Assembly (NCBI RefSeq): GCF_023055435.1
Contig: NW_025964223.1
Coordinates: forward strand, 42,098,001 to 42,162,000
Length of the DNA stretch: 64,000 nt
Direction: 5' to 3'
Source: Haliotis rufescens
Lineage: Eukaryota
Below are positions 35,776 through 48,689 of the stretch, piece after piece (within the stretch, counting starts at the first letter, position 1; the number at the start of each line of letters is the position of its first letter). Both the position numbers and the translations under genes were made by a program. A model generated the notes under the pieces. That model worked only from the letters and a program-made list of their open reading frames with translations, was not told the DNA's origin and did no database searches.

Positions 35776-37579
35776 TGTCATTGCTGTTCAAAGATATATA
35801 TGGTATCAACGTGCGCTGTGCAGAGTTTCCCTATGTTCTATGATCTAATTATCGTTGGTTGGAATCCCACATTCGGCCTGATTCAGAACAATGGTTTGTC
35901 AGCAAGACATACATGCCAGTGGGTTCAGCAAAGTGGTTTACTTCCTTGTGGACACCAGTTGCTGCTCGGAAAGCTTTGATCAGTTTCAAGTTGTCGGAGC
36001 ATGTTTCCTATAACACGTGTGGGAGACTAGGGACAAAGCCCTATCTTAAACGTCAAACATTTAGGCGTCGTATTACAGACATACATATACATTTAAAAAT
36101 TGACTTTCATTTTATGTGAGTCTATTGGAGTATGAACCTTCAGAGTGAGGGACAAACTGTATGGACGTCGGAGCTTGTTTGGCCCTCACTCTATAAAGGT
36201 TCATACTCCAGTGAACTCATTCCTTCGTTTTGATTACTCGGATCGGTCGTGGAGCGGATATTGTGAACGATGGTGCAGTCAAACACTCTGATTTTTCTCA
36301 ATGTACACTATCACGTTGAGTTCAAGGGTCAATTTGACCAGGAACAACGCTTAAGTTGACATTTGAGCAAGGGAATACGTCGAATTGTGTCGTTCATACA
36401 CTTATGAACGTCAGTTTTGGAGTTATTTGACCGACCTCTCATCCAATGGAAAAGCCGTATGTCATGTTAACTCCAAATTATAAAAAAAATACATAACTTA
36501 TAGTAACTTCAAATATGTCAAAAGGACAAGCACCCTTATATATTAGATTACGATAATCGACACAAAAGACGACTGGTCAAGTCAAGGTCAACCCGAAAAA
36601 GCAAAGCCCTTCAAATTTTGAGTAAGAAGTTTCTTACTTAAACGACAGCTCTTCATCACACAGAAACGCTTGCTCCTTGGAAAACCCTCTATGATAATAC
36701 GTTAAATATGTCATGTCTTTTGAAATTACTGCAGGTACATTCTGACTCGTCAGTCAGAGGTATCAAACCTCTATAACCATCACACCGCGGATGCTAATAT
36801 GTATAGAAAAGTACTCGTTTCTCATTGCCGGAAGAGGTTTTTAAATACTTACATATACAATTATACGTTACAAAATGCAGACCATGTTTTAGACTTTGAA
36901 ATATGGCGCTAGTCCCTAGCCGACTGTGACGTAATATGTTAACGTTGTCTTATCAAATGTCTGTGCTGCACTTTCAATGCCTGTTTTATCTACGGTAAAG
37001 TAAAATTATTTTGAACAAAAAATGTTATGTAACACCAAACTTTGTTTAATAGCTATTATCGGTGTTCACTTAATTCAGTTGGAGAACCCACTTAAAACAT
37101 TGATCCAACTCCCTGTCGCTTTGCACAATACCTTAGCTGAATCCAAGGAGAATGGAGATACACATACGGTGATTTTAAAGCGGGGCTGGGTTAAATTAAT
37201 GATTGAAACATTGAAAACACAATTACAGGAGCATCTGGGCTTGAGTCAGACGACCCGATAGATACCATAATTACATACCCCGAAAGCTCCCATCGCAAAG
37301 ACATAGTTATATTTTAACTACCAGACTCCCTGCCTCCGACTTCTCAAACGGTTTGCCCAATGTGGTCGCAACTGGGTGCTTGGGGACACATTCTACCCCG
37401 GGTACGCAGGGGACACGTCCTTTCATGCAAAGAATTGTTTTGCATTCTTTTTTGTTGAACACCGAAAGACAGTGTTGACATTGTATCGAACTCAACTTAA
37501 TTAATTCATGTGGCATGGTCATTGTTTTAATTCGTACATGTACAGGTCCAATTGGATATGCCGACTGTTTGGTTGTCTT

Positions 37580-38325
37580 ATTTTGCTTTCGTTCCAAGAT
37601 ATACAAAATAACTTTATAAGTCTGACTGACAATATGACTCCAACGTTCATCACTTGTCAAAATACAAATTCGTTGTCTCCTTTGATACTTACCCTTTTGA
37701 TAATAATTAAACACCTAATTATTGATCTGAAATGAAGTCGAACTTTTCTTGGATCCCTTCGATTTCAACTAAACAGTGTTAAACTTTAATAAATCTTGTA
37801 CTGTCATTTCACATTTAATTCGATAGGAATTACCTATAATAGTTATTGTATTTGATAGATTATTAATATGAGACGCCAATATAATTTCTAGCATAATCAC
37901 AGCTTTATCTCTATGACGTGTCGACAAAAGCATATAAGTTTCGAAATTGTTATTTTTCGAGGATGCACGCAATCGGTATCTCAATGCATCAAAGTTTATT
38001 ACCCAAGAGGAATGTTGTGTGTAACCGCATGTCCTATACATTCCGAGTTGTTTTTGTTTCTTATCTAACTTAATTTAGTTTTTGTAGGTAAGTTTTTTTG
38101 CATGATTATGTTTTTCTTGCGTACGTCTCGCTTTGTAGCAAACACTGCTGTTGGCGGGGGGCCCCCTGTCATCCACTGTAAGGTATAGTATGATGACTTC
38201 TTGTCTCCTCTATCCGTGCCAGTTCTCAAGAAACTTCTACTGCTTGATCTACTGGCGGAGTTCCTGGTTAAGGCCAATGTCTGTACCGACTCCGATCTCC
38301 CGCTGTGGTATACATCTTGCACCAC
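37580..38325 (-). pseudogene. Frameshifted paralog of the 46264-47406 gene
   Basis: MVQDVYHSGRSESVQTLALTRNSASRSSSRSFLRTGTDR vs MDDGYHSRRPESRQMLAMTRNSTSGFGSRSFLRHGSDR; QHSSWVINFDALRYRL vs QHSSRVIRCDALRFRL; LTSDERWSHIVSQTYKVILY vs LTSEKLRFQDSQDKVSDY; spread over three ORF pieces separated by stops or frameshifts. Confidence 0.85.
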
Positions 38326-38515
38326 TTTGTAGTGGGTAATATTAGAGACACTAAACAGATTTGAACGGCATTAACATCGCGCGTGTGTCACAGACTATAG
38401 TTCCTTGTCGATTGTAAACTTTAGTTGATACCACCAGTCAATACGCCGTGATCGTTGGTTTGAATTCATCACTCGCCCTGGTCATGCCCTTTGGCTTCAC
38501 CAAAGTAGCAAAGTA

Positions 38516-38761
38516 ACCCATGCTTGCCGTAAAAAAGCGACTGTGCTTGTCGTAAGAGGCGACTTATGGGATCGGGTGGTCATCAGGCTCGCTGACTTGG
38601 TTAATGCATGTCATCGATCCCGATTGCGTGGATCGATGTTCATGATGTCAATCACTGGATTGTCTGGTCCAGAATCGATTATTTACATTCCGCCGTCATA
38701 TAGCTGGAATATTGCTGAGTGTGGCGTTAAACAACAAACAAACAAACAAAACAAAACAAAC
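38516..38761 (+). mobile_element. Retroposon family B with TSD
   Basis: TSD ACCAAAGTAGCAAA on both sides. Confidence 0.85.
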
Positions 38762-39148
38762 ATACCAAAGTAGCAAACGTCTCGACTCGCATCAACACGG
38801 CTTTCGTGAATTATTAAACTGAGATGCGGTGATTTAACGTAAATACTAATCAAGACAATACTCACAAATCAGGTAAATGACAAAATAAAATAAAGCCTAA
38901 TTTTCAGATGTGGAAGACCAGAGTCAAGACAAATGGTGTCCTTCGTTATTCTCAACGTCAGTGTATATTCTGTGTCCACATTAGTAACGTTTCTCACATC
39001 TACATGACAACGGTAACATGAGTAGGAACAATACGGGGAGAGCAGCTCATATTCATGATCAACATGTCCTACAACGACTGTCACACGAAATCAAGTGTCT
39101 GTATCCGAATACATATTTTCTGCTTCTCAACGGACATGACTGAGATGA

Positions 39149-39499
39149 GTTGAGGTGAAATGGGGTTTAACGTCGCGTCCAAGATTATTGCACTTATATA
39201 GCGACGTGCATGTACGTGTATGTGTTTGTGTGGCAGCTTGTACTAGTCCGGACTGATGCCGATTTATAGTGCTAGCTTACTGAGATACCATGCCGCAGTT
39301 TAACATGAATACCCCACTCAGACACAGTATACTGACTCCGAGCCGACCAGTCCTTGTTTTAGTTCCTTTATGCCGAGCGCCAGACAGGGTAACAACAAGT
39401 ACCATCTTTTAACGTCTTTTGGTATGACGCGGCCGGGGATTGAACCCTGGACCTTCCGCTCTCCGGGCGAACGCTCTACCACTAGACCGCGGAGGCGGT
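39149..39499 (-). mobile_element. SINE family D, full length with TSD
   Basis: TSD TGACTGAGATGA on both sides; core GGCCGCGTCATACCAAAAGACGTTAAAAGATGGTAC. Confidence 0.9.
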
Positions 39500-39899
39500 T
39501 GACTGAGATGAAACGTATTCAAACCATGGCTCTTGTTTCAAATCGGGGATTAACCGACTGTCTAACCAGATAAACACCTGACGGCACTACTATCCAAATA
39601 AAAAAGAACATGTGATTCTGCACATAAAATTCCATTCGCAGTAATAACATTTTCACGATTGTTGATACGGATATTGGGGGAGATGTTTATATCTCCCATC
39701 GTGCCGGCAGATGAAGTTGTGTATGAAGGGATTAACTGGTCTTTTGTGACGATCTTCGGGACCATTTTGCCGCGAACCAGAATCAGAATCAGTTTATTCT
39801 CAGAAACCACAAAAGGTGGCACAAGAGCATATTACAATAAATAATTATGCATATGTACAAAAAGCAGACAAGATGGCAATTAATAACAACATGTGATTA

Positions 39900-40500
39900 C
39901 CTAGCATTTTTAATACCACTACACAATCCGACTCCTGCCAACTTCCTGAACCTCTTATAGAGTCGAACATCGTCACTCCTATGGCCAGTTGTGCGTGTGT
40001 TGCGCACGTAGCGCAGCGAGTGATTCGAGTAGAATCCTGAAAAAATGAAACATCAGTTTTCAAACAAGTTCATCTGCTCATCAGTTTCTATTCCTTTCGT
40101 CACTTTATAATGTCAATAAAACTAAATAGGCTCAGGAGGTGACTGGATATTAACTAGATAACATACCATCGGCCGATACCTTCTTTATTTACCATCAATT
40201 GGTTCATGATCGCAGCATCGCAGAGCAGTAAACATTAGAATATACTGCCCTCAAAAAGTAGGGGATAATCGAAAATAAATATGACGTACTGAACACAGGG
40301 AGGATCCGGATACACAGAGTGAACCTCTGACACACTGGCAGCTGGCCTCCGAACAAGCATTGCAGTGACGTTGCATACTCCGTTTTATCTCCGTCGTAAT
40401 CTATAAGGGGTTTGCTGCTTTTCATCTTGAAGGGCCAGGCCAAGTACCGGAAAATCTCTGGATGGTGGTCGTTGCCACTGTACAGTTTGCGAAGCACAAC
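39900..40500 (-). mobile_element. Crypton-like tyrosine recombinase relic
   Basis: Exon-like piece 40036-39900 reads GFYSNHSLR/ATCAT...TGHRSDDVRLYKR (HxxR, H and Y catalytic motifs of tyrosine recombinases, with one frameshift); the upstream part is only weakly similar. Confidence 0.6.
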
Positions 40501-40544
40501 CCATACGTGTTATCTAAGTAGAGGCAACGTCCGCTTCCAATATA

Positions 40545-41860
40545 CGCTCTTCAAAAAAAGAAACGCACAGGTAGATTTTTAGTCAATGTATTGTACTTAT
40601 AAAGTCGATATATTTAATTTAATATCATAGATACACATATGACATTTTGAAGCTCCATAGTCACATGTTGTCGTCGTACAAAGGCATTGAAAACTGTTCA
40701 TTGTCATGTAACTTAAGGCCACAAGGTTGCGCTGAACTCAGTATCTCGTGTGACCGCCCCGGGCAGTAATCACGGATCTGCATCTCCTCGGCACTGACTA
40801 GATAAGTGTGCGAATTCTGTCCTGCGGAATTCTGCGCCATTCTGCTTGTAACGCGTTGGTTAGTTGTGGGAGTCTCTGCGGCGTGTTCTGACGTTGACGT
40901 ACACGTCGATCGAGATCATCACAGAAGTGTTCGATTGGGTTGAGATCTGGAGATCTCGGCGGCCAGGGCAAGACGTTGATGTTGGCATTATGAGGGTAGT
41001 CCACCGTGACACGAGCTGTTTGCGGTGGAGCGTTGTCCTGTTGAAACAGCTCCCTCTGGCGGTCAATGTTTGGTAGAAGGTGAGGTTGAAGAATTTGATG
41101 ATTCATGTAGCGATTTGCTGTCAAATATCCCTTAACCACAACCAAGTCAGATCTCGTGGTGTAGATCTCGTGTGGCGATGGATCTGTTCAAAACAGGAAC
41201 GATAACTGGTCTCCTGGGTCGGATTTCAGCCTCGCAATGATGGTTATTGACAGTCTGGTCCGATATCCTCCTCAAACCAGGGATGCGTCCTGCAGTCTCC
41301 GTAGCTGTGGCATAGCGATGACTTAGGTGGAACAGTCGAATGCAGCGATCCTGAGCAGGGATGGTAACTCTTGGTCGGCCGGTTCTCGGACGGTCTGTAG
41401 TGGAGTTGAAATGTGTGTAACGGTCCCAAAGGCGACAAATGGTGCTGTGGTGGACGTTGAAGTGGCGTGCAACAGAAGACTGCAATTCCCCCTCTTTGGA
41501 TACGTCCTGTGGCGATGTTCCGAAAGGCAGCGCTGAGTCTCTCCTTTTTCGAACTTGAAAAATGTTGACAATTGAATGACAAATTATTGGCTTATGCTTG
41601 CCTTTTTATAGCCACTACCACGAGTTACGAATGCCATAACTTGCACGTGCATTTTGCTTTACTGTATTCCTCCAAGTGTGGAAACAATGCCGTTTAAGAC
41701 ATTGCAAAGCGACAATGGCTGCGTTTTGACGCACCGTTTGTCGACTACCAGGTCACCAACATTTTCCAATAACATATATCCAATTTATATACCGGACTTT
41801 TGTGTAGTCAGGTTCAAAGAACTACACGCTACCTGTGCGTTTCTTTATTTTTGAAGAGTG
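40545..41860 (-). mobile_element. Tc1 (DD34E) DNA transposon with TIRs and TA target duplication; transposase broken and internally deleted
   Basis: TIRs C(G/A)CTCTTCAAAAA(T)AAAGAAACGCACAGGTAG at both ends, flanked by TA; HTH region QSSVARHFNVHHSTICRLW..DRPRTGRPRVT; QQDNAPPQTA..WPPRSPDLNPIEH with 34 residues between D and E; the first catalytic D region is missing. Confidence 0.93.
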
Positions 41861-42169
41861 TATAGGTTTGTAAATAATTGAGTGTGGGCCAGGTAATCCA
41901 GTAATTGACATCATGAGCATCGAGCCTCTATAGGTGGTCAAGAATGATGTCATCAAGGTGAACTCTGGTTGGTGTTAACAACACAAAGGCCAGTGCAGCA
42001 AACAACACAACATGACTGGTGTCGATGTTTTTTCGGGTAGTAGATACCAGTGGTAGATGTGGAGTTCTGACAATATTAATCAAGATGCATGATCGCAGGT
42101 GGCTGATGGCGTCAGCACACCTTCGTACAACCGGCATCGAAGTCCAACATCAATCGGGATTCATCGCTG

Positions 42170-42535
42170 AACATCACATATACCATTGGACATCACCCCT
42201 TGGTGTTTACATTTCACAAGTTGCGGGATACAAGCAAGCATGCTCTTACCATCAAGATGTCAAAGAGCGTCATACGACTCTCGGTCAGAAGTTGTTTGAT
42301 CAAGGTTACAACATTCAAGGCCTCAGCAAAGCTTTCAAAACGTTTTACGGTTGACATGAGGAGGACATTTCAAAATTTGAAGCATCAGTGACAAAAGTTA
42401 TGTCCGATGCAATTCTCTATTTTGACATGTATCATACGTTCCCTTGCTTTGACTTGCCTTTGCATGTGTTTGGGACGGTAGCCATCGGTGGAGCAGGATA
42501 CGCTCACCTTCTCGCGAACACCTGATGTCATGACT
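42170..42535 (+). mobile_element. Penelope-like retroelement 3' fragment (RT C-terminal region)
   Basis: GVYISQVAGYKQACSYHQDVKERHTTLGQKLFDQGYNIQGLSKAFKTFYG resembles the GVYISQLIRYARACS..KLL.QGY..KFYG pattern of invertebrate PLE RTs; followed by GGTGGAGCAGGATACGCTCACCTTC..GAACACCTG. Confidence 0.65.
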
Positions 42536-43257
42536 ATTAGATAGTGATTAATAAAAACATGTTCATGGTATAGTCGGAATCGTTCAATCGACTCAGAGAT
42601 ATCTACTGAATATGTAAAGGCGTGTGTCGCATTATTTATTAATTATTTAGGTAATAGCTGTATGAACAACGTTAAGGCCAGTTTACTCTTAAGAAATGTG
42701 CCGAATACAGTTATTTTTTCAAATACATAAGATCATTGTACTATGTCTCTGAACTAGTAGCTTGTACACCCCTTCAAATCAAGTGTATAATGTACCGATA
42801 AGAGAGAGGTCATGAACATGCCTCGAATGTGGCGCGGGTAGCTTGGCATGCCTCACACGTTGTATTTACCAAGGAGACACGAATTATGACGTGGAACCTT
42901 GAGTGCTTTAGAGTGAAAAGTAAGAGTGACTGGTTGAGAGTGACTTTCGTCTGTTGAGAAGGTGTTGTCATTCCACGGTACATGTCCTCGACTCCTGTGT
43001 ATTGCCCCTTCGTGGGGTTTCGGGGGCACGTGGGGCCCAAGTATGCCGTGCATGTCGTAAGTGTCGACTGAAGTTCTTCGGGTGGTCAGACTCGATGACA
43101 TGACTCATCTATCATCCTACACGATGGCATTGATATTTGCACATGTTTCTAGTGTTAGTTTACCTGCCCTGACTTGATTATTTACAGACCGCTGTGGTAA
43201 AGTGCAATACTACTGGCTTCAGACAGCATTCACTCATCCTCTATTGTCGTATTCCGT

Positions 43258-43531
43258 GATCTAGTGGTGGAGCGTCCGCCCGGCCGCGTCATACCAAAAG
43301 ACGTTAAAAGATGGTACTCGGCATTAAGGGGCTAAAACAAGGACTGGTCGGCTCGGAGTCATGATCAGTTCACTGTGTCTGAGTGGGGTATTCATGTGAA
43401 ACTGCGGCTAACTCTATAAATCGACATCAGTTCGGACAAGTAGCTACATACACACACACGTGCATGCACATCGCTATATAAGTGCAATAATCTTGGAGGC
43501 GACGTTAAACCCCATTTCACCTCACCTCACC
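43258..43531 (+). mobile_element. SINE family D, internally deleted
   Basis: Same core and tail as the 39149 copy. Confidence 0.8.
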
Positions 43532-43967
43532 TATTGTCGTGTTCGGCTGTGGCCGCTCTCTAGACTTACATCTTAATCAAAAGTAATCTGGCAAACGGGT
43601 GAACAAGATGCCTAAAGCGCCACATAGTGCTGTTCAAAGTTGCGTCCGTTACGCGTGTCAGAATCATTGGTACGAATCCAAGACTATGACTATAATATGT
43701 ATTAGTTTGGCAACAGCAAAACCATATGTATGATGTGCATCACCTGGGTATTCCTCCTACATGAAGCTGTCACACTTTGATGAAACTGAAATACTATTCA
43801 AAGCAGTGTTAAGCCCACATCTTTCATTCACTATTCTGGATTGAACGATCCCAAAACTACAGGCCCTTGTGTCGTTGCCTAAATATTTCTAGATCAATTA
43901 ATATCAAGAGTGTCAAAAATGCACACTCCGTACAACACCATTCTGCTTATATCGCTGTTTCTAAAGT

Positions 43968-44216
43968 TTGTTTGTTTGTTTGTTGTTTAACGCCGCACTC
44001 AGCAATAATCCAGCTATATGGCGGTGGTCTGTAAGTAATCGAGTAGTTAGCGACATGAGCATCGATCCACGCAATTGGGATCGATGACATGCATCAACCA
44101 ATTCAGCGAGCCTGACCACCCGATCCCGTTAGTCGCCTCTTACAACGAGCCGCCTTTTACGTCAAGCATGGCCATGGGTTGCTGAAGACCTATTCTACCC
44201 CGGATCTTCACGGGTC
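43968..44216 (-). mobile_element. Retroposon family B with 13-bp TSD
   Basis: TSD CTGTTTCTAAAGT at 43955-43967 and 44217-44229. Confidence 0.9.
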
Positions 44217-44320
44217 CTGTTTCTAAAGTGTAATTGCAAATCAGGCACAAAACCCTTGTCTTGGGTGATTATTCTATCGATTCCAATACATGACTCCTCC
44301 AAAGTCTTTATTGCTATGAT

Positions 44321-44481
44321 GGGCGGTCGGGTAGCGTAGTGGTTAAAGCGTTAGCTCTTCACGCCGAAGACCGGGGTTCGATTCCCGTCATGGGTACAAT
44401 GAGTGAAGCCTATTTCTGGTGTCCCCTGCCGTGATATTGCTGGAATATTGCTAAAAGCGGCGTAAAACTATACTCACTCAC
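44321..44481 (+). mobile_element. SINE family C
   Basis: Full length; GGTTCGATTCCC B box. Confidence 0.85.
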
Positions 44482-45777
44482 TTTATGAAATAATATCGAC
44501 CGAAAGCCGTCTACTCGCCACTTTGAAGCCAACCGAGCACACATGACCGACATCTGACCCGCGCAGAAAGGCCCACGTGCAACGAAGCAGTTTTGTTTCC
44601 TGATCATGAGGTGCAAAGAAAGGACACATTGTTTACACCATTGGATATTATTTCATCAATATTGATTTGGAAAATGCATGTTCTTTCGTGTTTCTGCTAT
44701 CTTGAGAAAAGGCTTTGCTTAATCTTAGCGATGTGTATGACAAAGCAAAACTTACTTTCTCAATCTCAATATATGTTTACGAAGGAATGAAATAAAGTAT
44801 AAACAGACAAACGTCAATAAAACACGGAGACCCTTTCGGGTGTGAAGTCTTATGCTTTACTATACAGGATATGCGAGAAGAGCCTATCTATAGGGGTATT
44901 CTTCACGTCGTATGGTGTTAATATTACCGAGTATACCGTGCACCTTCTTCAAAGTGTAGACACTCCTTGATATATCAATAATTCTCTAAGTGACTTCGCC
45001 GAGTGTCCTTGTCCTGATAACGATATTTTATAACACTACGTAATAAATCATTTCAGACTTCAGGAGAAGGCCAGGCTTCACTCATAGAGTACAGTAATAT
45101 AAATATACAACGAATTCTGGGGAAATATTTGAAAATTGTCCTGTCATGATCAACAGGTCCCATTTAATCTTATATACTTTACAGTGTGAGGGGTAGCAAC
45201 AAAATCATCTTTGGCCTCTATCCAGCGATCTTAAACTTGGTGGGGTGAAGGGGAATGGTCATTAACGTCGCGTTCAAGATTATTTCACTTGTATAGCGAT
45301 GTGCATGACCGTGGGGGTGTGGCTGATTGTACCAGTCCTGACTTATACCGGTTTGATAGTGTCGCAGTTTAACGTAGATGCCCCACTCAGACACTGTAAA
45401 CTGACTCCTAGCCAGCCTCAATGCCGAGTGCCAGGCAGGGCAACAACAACTTACGCGAGATGACCAAAACGTCGAGATTATCGTCGTAAATGAAAGTACA
45501 ATCTTTTTCAAATCATTGTGAAATAACCGATTTCTTATTTACTAAATAGCGATCTATAAATGATAAACATCCCAGCTTGACCTTTTTGCTTAGCGTTTAC
45601 TACCCGCATCAAAGTTGTTCATGCATGTTTAATTCGAGTACACGTTTATGGCACTGTATTCGTTACGAAATATAATATCGTAATCACATTGTTTTGTTTC
45701 GATTAAACAAGCGTTATTACAACTATCCGTTTTGCCCAGCTGCGTTCTTGTGACGTGTATGCATGCATCCCTCCCAG

Positions 45778-46013
45778 GGACCTGTGAAGATCCGGGGTAG
45801 AATAGGTCTTCAGCAACCCATGTTTGCCGTAAAAGTAGACTTACGGGATCAGACTCGCTGACATGGTTGATACATGTCAGCTTATCCCAATTGCTTGGAC
45901 AGATACTCATGATATTGATCACTGAGTTGTCTGGCCGATTATTGAAAGATCGCCATCATATAGCTGGAATATTGCTGAGTGCGGCTTTAAACAACAAACA
46001 AACAAACAACAAA
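45778..46013 (+). mobile_element. Retroposon family B
   Basis: Matches consensus. Confidence 0.82.
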
Positions 46014-46263
46014 CTTAATGAAATGGTCATATTCTTTTTGTGACTCAATATAATCAATCGGACCACAAAGACATATTTTTACTAAAGGTAAGTACCAGTC
46101 AAGTATAAACGCACTAAGATCACATCAACAAAGCTCGTTAGACTTGACTTCGACATTTCAATAACAACAGAAACATAAATGAAACTTATGATATATCTCA
46201 TTACAATTGCCATAAGCACAAGCATTATTACAACATCAAAGTAAATGCCTGCATTCACATCCC

Positions 46264-47406
46264 TTATGATGTCGAAGTGGTTGTTCTTTTGTACTCCACA
46301 TCATGACATGTCTCGGTCTTTGTGGAAAATCCACATATTGCAAGGTGACGCACATAATCAGACACTTTATCCTGGCTGTCTTGGAACCTCAGCTTTTCAG
46401 ATGTCAAAGCGTTCTTCAAATTACGAGTCGGGTTGTAAAGAGATACCAATTTACTTTCAGCAGGGATCACCTTGGAAGGATCGTCCAATGTTGTCCTCGA
46501 CCTCAGAAAGGAATATTCTGGATTACTCCATCGTACTTTCTTGCCCGAAGCTTTCTTTTTGGATAAAATGGATGAACTGACACTGTTATGCCCGTGCGAA
46601 TCTTCCCTATTATCCTGTATGGAAGCACCAAAGTCACCATTCCGTACATTGTCAGATATATCTTGTTTTGAACTGTCTTTTAGTTGGTGAAGATGTGAAC
46701 CATTGTCAGCCGCTTTAATCCGATCATCCTGTTCCTTATCAACGTTCAACTTAGTGTGATACTGTAAATCCGGAACACGGACAGGACTCGTCTCCAGCCT
46801 TTTATACCCAACTGTACTCTGTGCCTCTCCGATGTAACGTCTGAGACTGCTATTTCTGTGCAAGGAGGAATGTGTAGTTTGCCTGGTCGGGGTAAGTTGT
46901 ACCATCGAGGTTTGTCGTTCGGGTGAAGACGCTACTATGCATGATAAAGTGTCATCCCCAACAGGTGAACATTTCAGTCCAGTAATATTTCCCACATGTC
47001 CCGACTGTATTGACCGATGACGAGGCATCTGCTTGTAGTTTCCCCAAACACAGAACTTCAAGGGTGTTAAATGAGGAAATCGTGTTGAATGTAACCGGAA
47101 TCTCAGCGCATCACATCTAATCACCCGAGATGAATGCTGTTTATGTAATCGGATGTCATCCAGATCAGAATTTAACTTACTCTGTATGATTTTGTTTTTC
47201 CTGTATGCATCTCTCTCATTATCGCTCCAGAACACAGCGGGTGGTGGCAGTCTCCTCTCGTCCACTGCAAGGTGGAACTGAGACTTCCTGTCTCTATCCG
47301 AGCCATGTCTCAAGAAGCTTCTGCTGCCGAAACCACTGGTAGAGTTCCTGGTCATTGCCAACATCTGTCTCGACTCCGGCCGTCTGCTATGGTATCCATC
47401 GTCCAT
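46264..47406 (-). CDS. Uncharacterised single-ORF protein (380 aa); orphan family member B
   Basis: Intact ATG-to-stop ORF; motifs VFWSDNERDAYRKNKIIQSKL and SQDKVSDY; two decayed paralogs nearby. Confidence 0.78.
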   Translation of the reverse strand: MDDGYHSRRPESRQMLAMTRNSTSGFGSRSFLRHGSDRDRKSQFHLAVDERRLPPPAVFWSDNERDAYRKNKIIQSKLNSDLDDIRLHKQHSSRVIRCDALRFRLHSTRFPHLTPLKFCVWGNYKQMPRHRSIQSGHVGNITGLKCSPVGDDTLSCIVASSPERQTSMVQLTPTRQTTHSSLHRNSSLRRYIGEAQSTVGYKRLETSPVRVPDLQYHTKLNVDKEQDDRIKAADNGSHLHQLKDSSKQDISDNVRNGDFGASIQDNREDSHGHNSVSSSILSKKKASGKKVRWSNPEYSFLRSRTTLDDPSKVIPAESKLVSLYNPTRNLKNALTSEKLRFQDSQDKVSDYVRHLAICGFSTKTETCHDVEYKRTTTSTS

Positions 47407-48689
47407 CCCTCGTTATGTGCGGGGATAATGCCACTAATTATCGTGTCTCTAGCTAACGTGGATGTTAACAAAATTATTTTAAAATAATCGTTTTTCCAAA
47501 ACGATTGTCGGATCCTCCAGATCCTCAGTATTCAGTCTTCAGGCGTACGCACAATATAGACAAAGCTACCCAGACAGTGTAATGTGTGCGTCTGGACACC
47601 TACCATTTACCTTGGGCTTATATGAGACACCCATAATCATTACCTAGATTTCAAAATCTTTATCTTGTTAATATACTACGACCCATGCCGAGGAGTAAGG
47701 AATACGTACAAGACAAATGATTAAATAATCTAGCTAAAGTACCCTCTCTTGTCAATAATCAATAAAGTCGATATCGATGATTAATGGCCACGTATCGATA
47801 AAACAAATAATATAGATGCATATTATATATATATTAACCAGATGAATATTACAGTTGATAATATTTTTCTGCTTTGATACATACATATACTTACAAATCC
47901 TGGGTACTTCTTAATTTTATTATTTTGATTTACATGAGGAGTGTAATGAAAACGAGAGCATTAATTTGACAATCTATACATAACTATTATTGTTCAATGC
48001 TGGGATAGATTATTAATGTGTTCTTTCAACGTGACAGGATGTTGTGTGTGATAACATGATTACGAACTTGAAAATTTAAGATGTTGCTACCCAAACCTCC
48101 ATTCAGTTTATGTATATCAGATCCTTATCAATTCAAGCCGGAAAAATTAATCACCTTGTGTGACTAGAGATTATGCCGGGGACAATTAATGGTGACATGC
48201 ACTGATCCCAAAGGCAAATATTGATTCTTTCGGTGATTTACCTCCGCCAAGACAAATAGGATTATATTTACCATTCGAGGAAATATTGATTGAAAACCAG
48301 CGATCAGGTAATTGGAGATTGACTAGGTATAATGTTAATAGCCATCTCAGCATGATCCAAAATATTATATGACAATTTTTCACAACGCAGTAGTCACATA
48401 GGTGACAGTTGGTAACATGTATTTACTCCATATCGTTGATTGATAATATAGCTCATGGGCCATGGCGCGAAGATAGAGCGTCAACCTTATCAAGCCATGG
48501 ATTTCGCATGTTATCTATGCTGGGACGTATTGTGCCCTCAAGTACCTATTATCTTTCATTGAATGACATGCTGTGAGTGTTCTTGGGCAATAACGTTCTT
48601 GACATTAATCCTACATGTATGTGACGACTGATAAATGTTATTCCAAACATATATAAAAATCACCTCTGTAAATTAGTTTGCCGTACCAA

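Noticed and set aside
44321-44400. tRNA genes at SINE heads (also 2443, 39420, 48690, 51903)
   Set aside because: A/B boxes are present, but acceptor and anticodon stems are degenerate and each head continues into a repeated body and tail, so these are SINEs.
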